A stretch of 64,000 bases of DNA. Source: Candidatus Marinacidobacterales bacterium (GTDB lineage Bacteria; Acidobacteriota; Vicinamibacteria; Marinacidobacterales; DATDRI01). Positions 29,544-39,348 of this stretch are shown here, in pieces. Under the pieces are notes generated by a model. It saw only the letters and a program-made list of their open reading frames with translations, was not told the origin of the DNA and did no database searches. Made by a program: the position numbers and the translations under genes. How positions within the stretch are numbered: position 1 is the stretch's first letter; the number at the start of each line of letters is the position of its first letter. Location: positions 4,064,001-4,128,000 of the forward strand of contig CBDCNP010000002.1 of NCBI GenBank assembly GCA_965219415.1, in the 5' to 3' direction.

Positions 29544-31070
29544 CTATCGCTCTTGTGGGGGCTCGCCCCGACGTCTCTCGATTCGTTCTACCATCTCCTC
29601 GAGCTCCACGCCGTCGATACAACCGTCATGGTTGGAGTCCATCCGGTCAAATCGTCCTCTCATTCTTTCGGGAAGTTCGTCTTGGCGAACGCAGCCGTCA
29701 CCGTCTTGGTCTCTCTCCAGAAGTCGCCGCACAAAAGCTTCGCTCGCCATCCCGCCGAATCGACTCTCCATGCGTTCTCGCTCATCCGCATCGATGAAAC
29801 CGTCTCCGTTCTCGTCAATCCTCTCGAAGAGGCGCCCCAGGCGCTCGGGAAGCTCGTCGCGGCTGACGCGCCCATCCCCGTTCAGATCGCTGTTCGAAAG
29901 CGTCTCCGCGAAGCCCCCGGTACCGCGGTCCGTCCACCCTGTGCGACGTCGCCCTCCGTCAGGATCTCTTTTCAAATAGATCTTGTATTGCTGGGTGACG
30001 GGAATGCAGTAGGTCTCGGCATCGTCGCAAGCGAAGTAGAAGACCTTAGCTTGAATGGGTGCATCGGTTGAATCAGGATCGAGCTCGAACAAGAACTCGC
30101 GCGGATCACTGTCTGCTTCTACTTCGAGCTTCGGAGCATCGCCCGTTGTTTGACTCGCCACTGCCCCGTCCGGGAGGTCCAGCTCGAATCGCAATGGAGT
30201 GACGAGGTTATTCCAATGAACCTCATAGACCGGATCGATATGGAAGCCAAGATAGAGCTTTCCCGCCTCCCCATGAAGTACGTCTCGATCCGCCTCGGCG
30301 CGTAGCTTCACATAAAACGGTGCACCCTTTTCGGTAATGACCGGCTCCACTTTGAGGGCCTGCAGTCCCATCGGCACTTCCAGCCGCGGCACGACTCCCT
30401 TGGCCGCCGCCTTGCGCGGCGGGAGCGCTTTCATATCCAGATCCTCGACCGATGTCGGATTTTCAACGGGTCCAACAAGTCTCGCTAGGTCCTCACGGAG
30501 TTTTTCGGGATCGCTCCACCAGCGCTTGTTCGCCAACTTGCCGTCCGCATCGAAAATGAACTCGGGGTTCGAAGCATCACCAAGGGCATGCTTGAGATCG
30601 TTCGACATCGTGTCGCAGATCCACGGGATCTCTGACCCCAGCCTTCGCTTTGCCTCCTGAACGTGCATGAGCCTTTCTTCTAACGTAAAGGGCGTCACAT
30701 ATCCATAGAGTGCGGGATGCGCGAGCGCCTTGTAGATGTAGTAAAACTTCACGCCCATGGGGGCGTAATCGCTGAATACCGTCTCCAGACCGGGGACGTT
30801 CCTGAGGAACGGCGGTCAGGTGAGGCAGCCGAACACGAGAACGGAATAATGGCCTTCCAGGCTGCTGAGTTTGAACTCGCGGCCTTCAGCGTCGTACGCG
30901 GAGAGGTCGGGCAAGGGCTCGCCGATGGCGGGACTCGCGGCTTCAAACTTCGCTTCCAAGGCCTGACGGTCCCAGCCGGGCGAATCCTCGTCATGATTGT
31001 GGGTTTGTGCGAAGCTCGCCGCCACCACTGCCAAATAGAGAGCAATACCAAGTGAGCTCTTCCAAAGCAT
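29544..31070 (-). CDS. Exported selenoprotein: deiodinase/peroxiredoxin-like Trx fold (CxxU), DsbD-N-like domain and EF-hand repeats
   Basis: ORFs 30816..31142 and 29544..30758 are in frame across TGA 30816-30818, giving VLVFGCLT-U-PPFLRNVPGL..GVKFYYIYKALAHP. A SECIS-like hairpin follows the UGA. Also ACDDAETYCIP and DLNGDGRVSRDE-type EF-hands. Confidence 0.85.
30779..30815 (-). promoter_or_regulatory. Bacterial SECIS-like hairpin
   Basis: After the UGA: CGTCCCC-GGTCT-GGAGACG. The G-starting GGUCU loop lies about 25 nt downstream and resembles the E. coli fdhF CAGGUCUG apex. Confidence 0.7.
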
Positions 31071-31261
31071 TTCTTGAACTCCTTGCGATGGTCCTGATAC
31101 CTGTCTCGCTGTCCCTCTAAGGCTGTTGGTTTTCACTTTCACGATACATCCTAATCCGTTAGACCGCCCAAGTCATCCACTTTGAATCGACCTCTGGCGC
31201 GCACGACGGTGGAGGAGCTGGCGAGCCCGTCCGTCCGGAGTGCGCGGATCTGCAAGAATAA

Positions 31262-31510
31262 ACTCGCGGCGCTCATGCCGGGTGCCGACCTCGCTTCCAT
31301 GATCGAAGCGTCCGTGACGGAGAAACTCGAACGGCTCGAGGCCAGGCGCCTCGGCAAAGTCAAGAATCCGAGAAAGAGCCTCGAAGATGCCGACACGTCG
31401 CCGGGAGGGCGCGGAATTCCCGCTCCGGTGAAGCGCATCGTGTGGGCGCGCGATCAGGGGCAGTGCACGTTACCCGTCGTTTCTACTCTTTCCGGACGGA
31501 GCTCAAGATA
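31262..31510 (+). pseudogene. Internally deleted copy of the DUF222-HNH gene at 46742
   Basis: Near-identical to about 47393-47600, then jumps to sequence matching about 47807-47840. The HNH motif is deleted. Confidence 0.8.
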
Positions 31511-31605
31511 GTGAGCTCCGGTTGAGAGGCCTCGTCGTTCGCACCGGCGACTTTGATCATCAAGAAACGATCGCCGCTGGGAGACACGTCATAGGTGCGA
31601 CCGGG
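31510..31605 (-). pseudogene. Short remnant of a kinase/TolB-propeller C-terminus
   Basis: Minus strand reads TYDVSPSGDRFLMIK. Confidence 0.55.
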
Positions 31606-31680
31606 GGGACCGCTAACAGTGGATGATCGGTTCGTCGTTCGAGCACGCGATGCCGCCGCTCGATAGAAATAGTACGACGC

Positions 31681-33093
31681 TCAGAAGATGATGCGACGGG
31701 AACTTCGCCACGTGCTTTGTCGTGAGCCCGAAATATGACAAAGGAACCGAATGTACGTTTCGATGCCTCGAAAGAAGTTCGGTAGGTGGAGTTTTTCGTT
31801 CGGTCCGTGGATCCCGTCGGTGGGCATGGCGAAACCCAGGAGCACCAGCTCGGAGGCGAGCCTACTTTGCAGCAAACCGACGACGGGCACGCTTCCGCCT
31901 TCCCTTCTGTGGATTGGCGGAACCCCCCAGACTTCTTCCAGGGACCGAGCCGCGGCCCGTATGACACTCGACTCGAGGTTTACCTCGGATGCTGGCGCGT
32001 GGTGCAGCTCTTTGAGCTCCCACGACACGGTCTCCGGGGCGTTCCGGCGGAGGTACTCCGAAAGCTGCTCATAGACCTCGCCGCTGTCCTGGTTGGGGAC
32101 GAGCCGCGTCGAGATCTTCGCCAGCGCCCGTGCCGGGATCACCGTTTTCGCACCTTCGCCAGTGAATCCACCGGTTACTCCGCAAATTTCGAGCGTCGGG
32201 CGCGCACCGACTCTCTCCAGGGTCGAATAGCCTTTTTCGCCCCAAAGCGCGGAGACGCCGGTCTCCTCTTTCCATTCTTGGTCGGAATACGGGACTCGGA
32301 GAATCGCCTCCCGCTCTTTCGCGGTCAAGTCCCGAACTTTGTCGTAAAAGCCCGGCAAGTTTACATGCCCATCCTCGTCGTGCATCCCGGCGATGAGATC
32401 GCAGAGTACCTGGAGAGGGTTGTGAACCGCACCGCCGAAGACACCAGAATGTAGATCTTTCTTTGGGCCTCTTACTTCGAGCTCGTAGAACGCATTGCCT
32501 CGCAACGAAACATCTAAGGCGGGGAGCTCTGGATTTTCAATAGGCGAATCGCAAACCAAGACCGCATCGCAGTCGAGTCTCTTCCGGTGATTGTCTAGAA
32601 ACCCGGGAAGCCCCGGCGAGCCGATTTCTTCCTCCCCTTCCCAAAGGAGCTTCAAGTTCACCGGCAGCCCGCCGTGTGTCATCAAGGCCTCTACCGCCTG
32701 GAGGAACGAGATGATCTGCCCTTTCATGTCCGCGGCCCCGCGCGCGAAGATGTCGTCGCCGCGAATCGTCGGTTGAAACGGATCGCTCGTCCATTCGTCG
32801 ATGGGATCGACGGGTTGTACGTCGTAGTGGCCGTAGACGACCACCGTCGGCTTGCCGGGAGATTTCAAACACTCGCCATAGACTACCGGGTGGCGCTCCG
32901 TCGGCACGAGCTCGACGCCGTCGAAGCCAAGAGTGCGCAGGCGGTTCGCGAGCCAATCGGCGGCGCGTTGAACGTCTGGTTGATGCTCGGTCAACGTCGA
33001 GATGCTCGGTATCGCAAGAAATTCCTTCAGCTTCGAGAGATGCGCCCCCCGGTTGAACTTGGCTGAGGCGATCGCGGCGTCGATGTCGGTCAT
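31681..33093 (-). CDS. M20 dipeptidase (ArgE/DapE family)
   Basis: YGHYDVQP, ARGAADMKGQ, EGEEEIGS, DLHSG, HGPNEK. Confidence 0.92.
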   Translation of the reverse strand: MTDIDAAIASAKFNRGAHLSKLKEFLAIPSISTLTEHQPDVQRAADWLANRLRTLGFDGVELVPTERHPVVYGECLKSPGKPTVVVYGHYDVQPVDPIDEWTSDPFQPTIRGDDIFARGAADMKGQIISFLQAVEALMTHGGLPVNLKLLWEGEEEIGSPGLPGFLDNHRKRLDCDAVLVCDSPIENPELPALDVSLRGNAFYELEVRGPKKDLHSGVFGGAVHNPLQVLCDLIAGMHDEDGHVNLPGFYDKVRDLTAKEREAILRVPYSDQEWKEETGVSALWGEKGYSTLERVGARPTLEICGVTGGFTGEGAKTVIPARALAKISTRLVPNQDSGEVYEQLSEYLRRNAPETVSWELKELHHAPASEVNLESSVIRAAARSLEEVWGVPPIHRREGGSVPVVGLLQSRLASELVLLGFAMPTDGIHGPNEKLHLPNFFRGIETYIRFLCHISGSRQSTWRSSRRIIF

Positions 33094-33101
33094 TTTCCAC
33101 T

Positions 33102-34973
33102 CTACTCCACGAAGGCCGGGCTCGACCACGCGACGCCACCGTCTTCTTGAACGACCCGTACGTAGACGTACTCACCCGTGGTGAGCCCGTCTAGCGCCAG
33201 AGGCCCGCCCCAGTCGCGCCGTCCTTCGCCGGGCAGGCTTTCGACAACCGTACCGCTCCGAATCACGTCCACGCGATCGATGGGCGCGGTGCCGGCGACG
33301 GCAAAGCGAGACCCTTCATCGAGCCAGAAGCGAAGCCAGATGCGGGGTCCGTTCGTCGCATAGACGCGGCGCGCTCGCAGCGCTTCGAGAACACTTTCAC
33401 GCGTGAGGTTCTCGGAAAAGATAGCCGCCAGGCCGCCGCTCGGTGCGGCGAGATGAGCGAGCCCGGGATGGCCGTCGTGGCTGTCGCCGCTCCCAATGAA
33501 GCCGAACTGAACGCCACGGTCGAGAACGTCCCGCACGAAGTTCCCCGGCACCGCAGTGTAGATCTTGCCCGGCGAGTCCGCGGCTTCGCTGCTTCCGTGC
33601 ACCGATACGACTTCGGTCACCGGCTCCAACACCGGATCCGGCACGAAATCCCAATTGGTCGAGACCGGACCGCCCGCCGAGTGATGCGCGATGGTAATCG
33701 CCGCACGTCCTGAAAGGGCCTCCCATAGCTGGGCCGGCGTCTCGTAGGCGGGATCGAGCGAGCTCAGGATCTCCCCACCCTCTTCGAAATAGAGCACGTG
33801 GCGGTGGCCGTGAAGCCAATTGGTCCACTCGTAGCCGTCGATTACGATGAACCGGCCTGGTTCGTCGTACCGGCGCCCCACTTCTCGGATCTGCTCCCAT
33901 AGGTCCGGGCTCTGATCGAGAAAGCGCATCCCCCAGTGGTCGTGGTCGGTGAGCGAGACGACGTCGAGCGCCGCGACGTCGCGGGCATACCAGAAGTAGT
34001 CGTCCGGCGTTCCCGTGCCGTCCGAAAGCTGTGAGTGCCCGTGAAGATCCCCCCACAAGATGCGCGGAATGCCCTCGCGTACGACCAGCGGGTTGCTCTC
34101 GGAAACCATTTCACCGGCTGCCCCCATGACGCGATACACTCCCGGCTCTCCGACCATGAAGTCCAAATCACCCACTCCCCGATCGGAGAGCGCAAGCTCT
34201 CCCGGTAGCTCCAGGGTGGATGGACCGACCAGCTCGACGCGCCCTTCGAAGTCGACTCCAGCGTTTCCGAGGCCATCGAGGATTGCGATGGTCAATCGAA
34301 CCCGATCGCCCGGGCGCGCGGTGCTCGGCAGCGTGAGCACGAGCAGCGCTGCCGGACCCGCCGCGACATCCACCGCCGGGACATTCTTTATTAATGAACG
34401 CACACCGTCGCCGTCCCCATCCACGGCAAGCCAGATGGGTGCGCGCGACTCCGCGTAGCGATCCACTCGAGCACCGGCGGGACCCGCGCCGTACACGATC
34501 CGGACGCGCTCGCCCTCTGCGAGAGCCCGCCCGCGAATCGCTATCGCGAGAAGATCATCGCCCGGTGCCGTGGTCTCGAGCTCGACCCCGGGAGCGTCGG
34601 TTTCGACCTCGGTGTAGCCCGGCGCATCGCTGATTCGGATCTGCGGCGGATCCCAGCCCCAAAACGGCGAAGGCAGAAGAAAGAGCGTGCCTCCTTCCGC
34701 GATCCCGTGAGGCCCGGCTTCGTAGACGATCTCGAAGCGGTGCCGGCTCCCGACCATGACCGGTGCGCGCAGCTCCTCGTCAAGAAACGCTCGGCCCCCG
34801 CCGTCCGACGCATGACGTACCCTCTCGAGATCCTCGCGCAATTCTTCGTGTATCGAGGTCTTCGCGTCCGGCGATAACGTCTCGGCCTTCTCCGAAGCGC
34901 AGGAGGCGAGGGTGAGGGCCAAGAGTGCGAATCGAAAACGGTGCATCTTCGCGTATGTGTCGTCCGCCCTCAC
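33102..34973 (-). CDS. PHP-like metallohydrolase (DUF3604 / CehA-McbA-like) lipoprotein
   Basis: WGDLHGHSQLSDG, TDHDH, GYEWT..GHRHV, SGDSHDGHPG, AWSSP. Confidence 0.8.
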   Translation of the reverse strand: MRADDTYAKMHRFRFALLALTLASCASEKAETLSPDAKTSIHEELREDLERVRHASDGGGRAFLDEELRAPVMVGSRHRFEIVYEAGPHGIAEGGTLFLLPSPFWGWDPPQIRISDAPGYTEVETDAPGVELETTAPGDDLLAIAIRGRALAEGERVRIVYGAGPAGARVDRYAESRAPIWLAVDGDGDGVRSLIKNVPAVDVAAGPAALLVLTLPSTARPGDRVRLTIAILDGLGNAGVDFEGRVELVGPSTLELPGELALSDRGVGDLDFMVGEPGVYRVMGAAGEMVSESNPLVVREGIPRILWGDLHGHSQLSDGTGTPDDYFWYARDVAALDVVSLTDHDHWGMRFLDQSPDLWEQIREVGRRYDEPGRFIVIDGYEWTNWLHGHRHVLYFEEGGEILSSLDPAYETPAQLWEALSGRAAITIAHHSAGGPVSTNWDFVPDPVLEPVTEVVSVHGSSEAADSPGKIYTAVPGNFVRDVLDRGVQFGFIGSGDSHDGHPGLAHLAAPSGGLAAIFSENLTRESVLEALRARRVYATNGPRIWLRFWLDEGSRFAVAGTAPIDRVDVIRSGTVVESLPGEGRRDWGGPLALDGLTTGEYVYVRVVQEDGGVAWSSPAFVE

Positions 34974-35554
34974 TGCACGTAGCCGAGGCTGCGCAAACGC
35001 TCTAGCTCTTCGCTACTCACCCCCTCGGTGAGCTCGGCATCGCTGTGCAGGCGACGTGCGCCCACCCATCGCCCCCACGCCTCGAGGTGTCCCTTGAGCT
35101 CCTCTACTTTGTCGGGATGCTCGGACGCGAGGTTGACGAAATTGAGTGGGTCGTCGCGCTGGTCAAAGAGCTCGTACTCTGGGCGATCCTCGGGACGTTC
35201 CTTATTGTGGATCAACTTCCAGCCTTCCCAGACCATCGCGGTGCCGTTAGCCGTGTCCGGGTCACGCATGGCCTCGTTCCTCGTACGCTCCGAGACGGCA
35301 GGCCGGCGCCGCCATCCCTGGGCCCGGCCCCGATCCTCGGCGGACATGAGGGGCATCAGACTCTGCCCTTGCATGGCGTCGGGAATCGGAAGCCCGGAAA
35401 GCGCGATGAGCGTGGGTGCAAGGTCGATGGACTGCACCGTCTCTTCGATGACTTTCCCGGACGGCACACGATCGGGGCCCCACAGGATCAGCGGGACATT
35501 GGTCATCTCACCGTAGATATTGTTCGAGTTGAAGCAACTTGTTTCGGCCGTCAT
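34970..35554 (-). pseudogene. Sulfatase C-terminal fragment
   Basis: NVPLILWGP, IDLAPTL, WKLI, ELFD..DP and LRSLGYV are present; the N-terminal catalytic CxPxR region is absent. Confidence 0.75.
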
Positions 35555-35607
35555 TTTTCCGCCCTTGACTACTATCTGGGCATAACATATTACTCGTTCG
35601 GAGCATC

Positions 35608-36609
35608 ATGGCGAAAGACACGCTCATCACCACCGTCGACTCTCACACCGCGGGAGAGCCCACGCGGGTCATCACCGAAGGCCTGCCGGCGATTCCAGGC
35701 GACACCGTCGGTCAACAGATGACTTATTTCCGGGAGAATTTGGACCACATCCGCACCGCTCTTCTCCACGAGCCCAGGGGCAATCGACACTTGGTGGGCG
35801 CGGTCGTCTTACCATCGACTCGTCCAGACGCCGACTTCGGAGCCTTTTATCTGGATCACAGCCGTTGTTTCAGCATGTGCGGTCACGCCACGATTGGGAT
35901 AGGGGTGACGCTCGTCAAGACTGGTCGTATCGAGGCCGTCGAGCCCGAGACCAAGGTGGTCCTCGACACCCCCGCCGGCCTGGTGACCATACGTCTCGGG
36001 GTCGAGGACGGACGCGCCGTGAGCGGCACTCTGACCAACGTGCCCTGCTTTCTCCATACGAAAGATATTCCGGTGAGTCTCGAAAACCGGAGCCTATCCG
36101 TTGATATGGCCTACGGCGGAAGCTTCTTCGTGGTGGCGCGAGCCGAAGATCTGGATGTAGAGATTCGACCGAAGAACATTCCGAAGCTCGCGCGCTTTTC
36201 GAGCCTCATCGCGGGTGAGGTTTCAAAGACAATGACTCCGACTCATCCGGAGTATGACGGGCCCGGTTTCGAAAACCTTGTCTACTTCCACGGCGATGCG
36301 CGTGGCTCGAGCGCCGACTACCGAAGCCTCGCTGTGGGAGGTAGCGGGAACTTCGACCGCTCTCCGTGCGGGACCGGAACCTCCGCTCGTCTCGCTGCGC
36401 TTTACGCCCGCGGTGAGCTCGGCCCAGGGGAAGTGCTGCGCGTCGAGAGCGTCATCGGCACATCGTTCGAAGCCAAGATTGCCGAGGTGTGCAAAGTGGG
36501 AGACTTCCCTGCTGTCGTCCCGGAGATCACAACCTCTGCCTTCGTCACCGGGTACCATCAATTCCTCATCGATCCCGAAGACCCCCTGAAAGACGGGTTC
36601 CTCCTATAG
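35608..36609 (+). CDS. Proline racemase / hydroxyproline epimerase family protein
   Basis: DSHTAGEPTR, EPRG, MCGH and DRSPCGTGTSAR; both catalytic Cys are present. Confidence 0.92.
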   Translation: MAKDTLITTVDSHTAGEPTRVITEGLPAIPGDTVGQQMTYFRENLDHIRTALLHEPRGNRHLVGAVVLPSTRPDADFGAFYLDHSRCFSMCGHATIGIGVTLVKTGRIEAVEPETKVVLDTPAGLVTIRLGVEDGRAVSGTLTNVPCFLHTKDIPVSLENRSLSVDMAYGGSFFVVARAEDLDVEIRPKNIPKLARFSSLIAGEVSKTMTPTHPEYDGPGFENLVYFHGDARGSSADYRSLAVGGSGNFDRSPCGTGTSARLAALYARGELGPGEVLRVESVIGTSFEAKIAEVCKVGDFPAVVPEITTSAFVTGYHQFLIDPEDPLKDGFLL

Positions 36610-36611
36610 AT

Positions 36612-36725
36612 GTGAACGAGCTCGTTTCCATCATCTTTAGCCTCACCCCCATCGCTCTTGCGATTGGCATCGGGATCTGGCGCCGTCGACAAATCCTCCG
36701 CCAAGAAGAACGAGACGGCCATTGA
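36612..36725 (+). CDS. Small single-TM protein upstream of the SSS symporter
   Basis: MNELVSIIFSLTPIALAIGIGIWRRRQ..; its stop overlaps the symporter start. Confidence 0.5.
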   Translation: MNELVSIIFSLTPIALAIGIGIWRRRQILRQEERDGH

Positions 36726-38188
36726 GCATCGAGCTCGCCGTTTTCTTGGCCTATCTCCTAGGCCTCCTGGCCTTCGGGTTCTATTTCTACGGCAAGACCA
36801 AAGGCGTCGATGACTACTACGTCGCCGGCCGCGGGCTCGGCCGATGGGTGCTGGCTTTTACGCACGAAGCGAGTGATCTCTCCGGCTTTCTGCTCCTGGC
36901 ACTCCCCGGATTCGCTTACCTCTTTGGGATGGCGGGCGCTTGGATGGTCTGGACCGGAACCACGGGCGTGCTCTTCGTTTTCGCCATCAACTCGGTTGCG
37001 GTGCGCCGTTTCGGCCTGCGCTACGGCGCGATTACCGTCCCCGACATTCTCGAGACCCGCTATTACGATGAAGAGAAGAAACACCTTCGCATCGTCAGCG
37101 TAGTCTTCATCGTCACCTGCACGTTTCTCTACGTGAGCGCCCAATGCATGGCCGCGGGCAAGATTCTCGAGCTCGCCTTCGGGCTCGACTACACGATGGG
37201 TGTCTTGCTGGGCGGGAGCGTGATTCTGATCTACACCGCCATGGGAGGCATGCGCGCCGTTGCTTGGACCGATTTCGTGCAGGGGATCCTCATGATCGTG
37301 GGCGTCGTTCTCGCCTGCGTCCTGGCGGTTCGCGCAGCAGGAGGCATCAGTGGCGTCTTCGCCGGGCTTCGAGCGATCGACCCAAGCCTGACGACGCCTT
37401 TTCCCGATTCCACGATGGTGCTGATGGGGATAGGGTTCATTCTCGGCGGAGGTTCCTTCTCGTATCTCGGCCAGCCGCACCTTCAAATGCGTTATCTCTC
37501 CGCTCGCTCCAACCGAGATCTAGCCGACGCGCTGGTCGTCTCTCTCGTCATCGTCTCGATCTTCGCCTTCGGCGCGTTCGTGGCAGGCGCCGCGGGAAGA
37601 GTGATCTATCCCGAGTTGAGCATGCTACCCGGCGCGAGCAACGAGAACATTCTTCTTCACCTCTTCAGCGATCAGTTTCCCGGTCTCCTGAGCGGGCTCT
37701 TGCTGGCGGCGACGATGGCCGCCCTGATGTCGAGCGCCGACTCGTGGCTTCTCGTCTCCTCGAGTGGAGTGGCACGAGATCTCTACCAAAAAGTCCTGAG
37801 ACCCGACGCGAGCGAAGAGACGATGCTTCGTGTCAGCCGCTACGCGACTGCGGGTATCGCCGTGCTTGGAATCCTCACCGCACTCATCCCGCGCTCGATC
37901 ATGTGGGCGGTCTGGCTTCCGTGGGGTGGGCTGGCCCAGTTCGGACCCGTGCTCGTCTTGGGTATGTACTGGAAACGAGCGACGCGGAAGGCCGCTTTGG
38001 CGAGTCTCGTGTCTGGATTCGCGGTGAACATGGGCTGGTACCTGCTGGGCTGGCACGAGATCCTGAACCAGGCGGTGCCGGGAATGATCGTGGGGGTTAC
38101 TGTCTTGATCGCAGTCTCGCTCGCGGACGAGCCGCCGCCGAAGGAGATTGATGGCCTGGTCGAGTACGTGCGCAGCGGCCGAAGTTGA
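36722..38188 (+). CDS. putP: Sodium:proline symporter (SSS family)
   Basis: DYYVAGRGLG, ASDLSGFLLLALPG, AVAWTDFVQG, GQPHLQMRY, AALMSSADS. Confidence 0.82.
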   Translation: MSIELAVFLAYLLGLLAFGFYFYGKTKGVDDYYVAGRGLGRWVLAFTHEASDLSGFLLLALPGFAYLFGMAGAWMVWTGTTGVLFVFAINSVAVRRFGLRYGAITVPDILETRYYDEEKKHLRIVSVVFIVTCTFLYVSAQCMAAGKILELAFGLDYTMGVLLGGSVILIYTAMGGMRAVAWTDFVQGILMIVGVVLACVLAVRAAGGISGVFAGLRAIDPSLTTPFPDSTMVLMGIGFILGGGSFSYLGQPHLQMRYLSARSNRDLADALVVSLVIVSIFAFGAFVAGAAGRVIYPELSMLPGASNENILLHLFSDQFPGLLSGLLLAATMAALMSSADSWLLVSSSGVARDLYQKVLRPDASEETMLRVSRYATAGIAVLGILTALIPRSIMWAVWLPWGGLAQFGPVLVLGMYWKRATRKAALASLVSGFAVNMGWYLLGWHEILNQAVPGMIVGVTVLIAVSLADEPPPKEIDGLVEYVRSGRS

Positions 38189-38218
38189 AACTTTGTCCGG
38201 ACGAGGTTTGCTCGAAGT

Positions 38219-38781
38219 TATTGGTCGGAACGAGACGCTTCAGCTCTTCGAACCAGTTGACCACCACTTGAACGCTGCCGCCAGCGGTGGACTCTTCCTT
38301 GATCATCACGAATCGCTGGCCGTCATTCGTGACGTCGTAGTTGGGGATCGTCAGGTTCGTCGCGAAGGCGTAGTTCCCCTCGAAGACGAGCACCGGCCTC
38401 GATGCTGCTAGCCCCGCTTCGCTTCCGACCGAGGCGCTCAACACGCGCGTACCGTTGCGGTAAAAGAGCTCCCCCCCGCGTTGAAAACGATGTGCTTGCC
38501 GTCCGAGGCACACCTGGTAGAGGACGTCCACGTGCTCGGACGTGAGCGGTGTGAAGACGCCCCGTCTCAGATCCAGAGTCCAGAGGAGTCCGCCGACCCT
38601 GACCGATAGATGGTGGCCGTCCGGGGAGAGCCTTGGGTTTTCGTACGCCCGCGTGATATCCGTGATGGCTTCTTCTCGTCCCTCCCGATCGACCCAGACC
38701 AGCCGGGCCGGGCGTCCCGCTGCGTAGACCGGGTTCGAGGATTTCGTAGGGTCCGAAACGGCTACCAGCGCTGAGAGCCAC
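38219..38781 (-). pseudogene. Collapsed kinase/TolB-propeller gene: first codons fused to C-terminal pieces
   Basis: MALSAGSRFGPYEILEP is joined to RLVWVDREG..PRLSPDG and then ELFYRNG..YDVTNDGQRFVMIK..VNWFEELKRLVP. Confidence 0.75.
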
Positions 38782-38784
38782 GAG

Positions 38785-38816
38785 CCCTCACCCTACCCTC
38801 TCCCAGAGGGAGAGGG
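38785..38816. repeat. REP-like palindrome
   Basis: CCCTCACCCTACCCTCTCCC-AGAG-GGAGAGGG hairpin, resembling a widespread extragenic palindrome family. Confidence 0.55.
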
Positions 38817-38900
38817 TTTTAAGGAAGGAAGCCAGCATCATTATGCTGAAAATAGCCCTTCACACGCTGTGAAGTCAAAGGGGGCGCTTACGCGCAAAGG

Positions 38901-39330
38901 CTACTTTGATTCGAGATGCTTGCGGCCCTCGGCAATCAGCGGGAGGACGTCATTCTTACCCACGAACTCGTAGACCGTCAGTCCTTTTCGCAGCAAAGCA
39001 ACCTCGCCCTTCATCGTTCTCAACTTTGTCATCAATTTGTCGGCATTCGCTTGGTCCGGGGTGATGATGACGTTGAGCTGGAACGCTTTTTCCGTTCACG
39101 TCATAGAGAGTGTTTCGGAGGCTACTGAGCTTCACACCCAGGTTTCGAGCGATTGGCTTGGCCTGCTCCGCAGGGACATCAAAGTCCGAGACGACCTTCC
39201 ACTCGGCGGGCATTTCCGGAGCCGGTGGCGCGCTCTTTATTGCTTCGCTGCCATCGGCCGAACATGCCGCAAAACCAAAGAGAATCCCTAAGTGCCGCGA
39301 GCCACAACATTTTGGTTCTTTTGTACACAA
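38901..39330 (-). CDS. Hypothetical lipoprotein (frameshifted)
   Basis: Lipobox FAAC; coding continues in another frame to a stop at about 38901. Confidence 0.5.
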
Positions 39331-39348
39331 CTCACCTCCCTCTAATGT

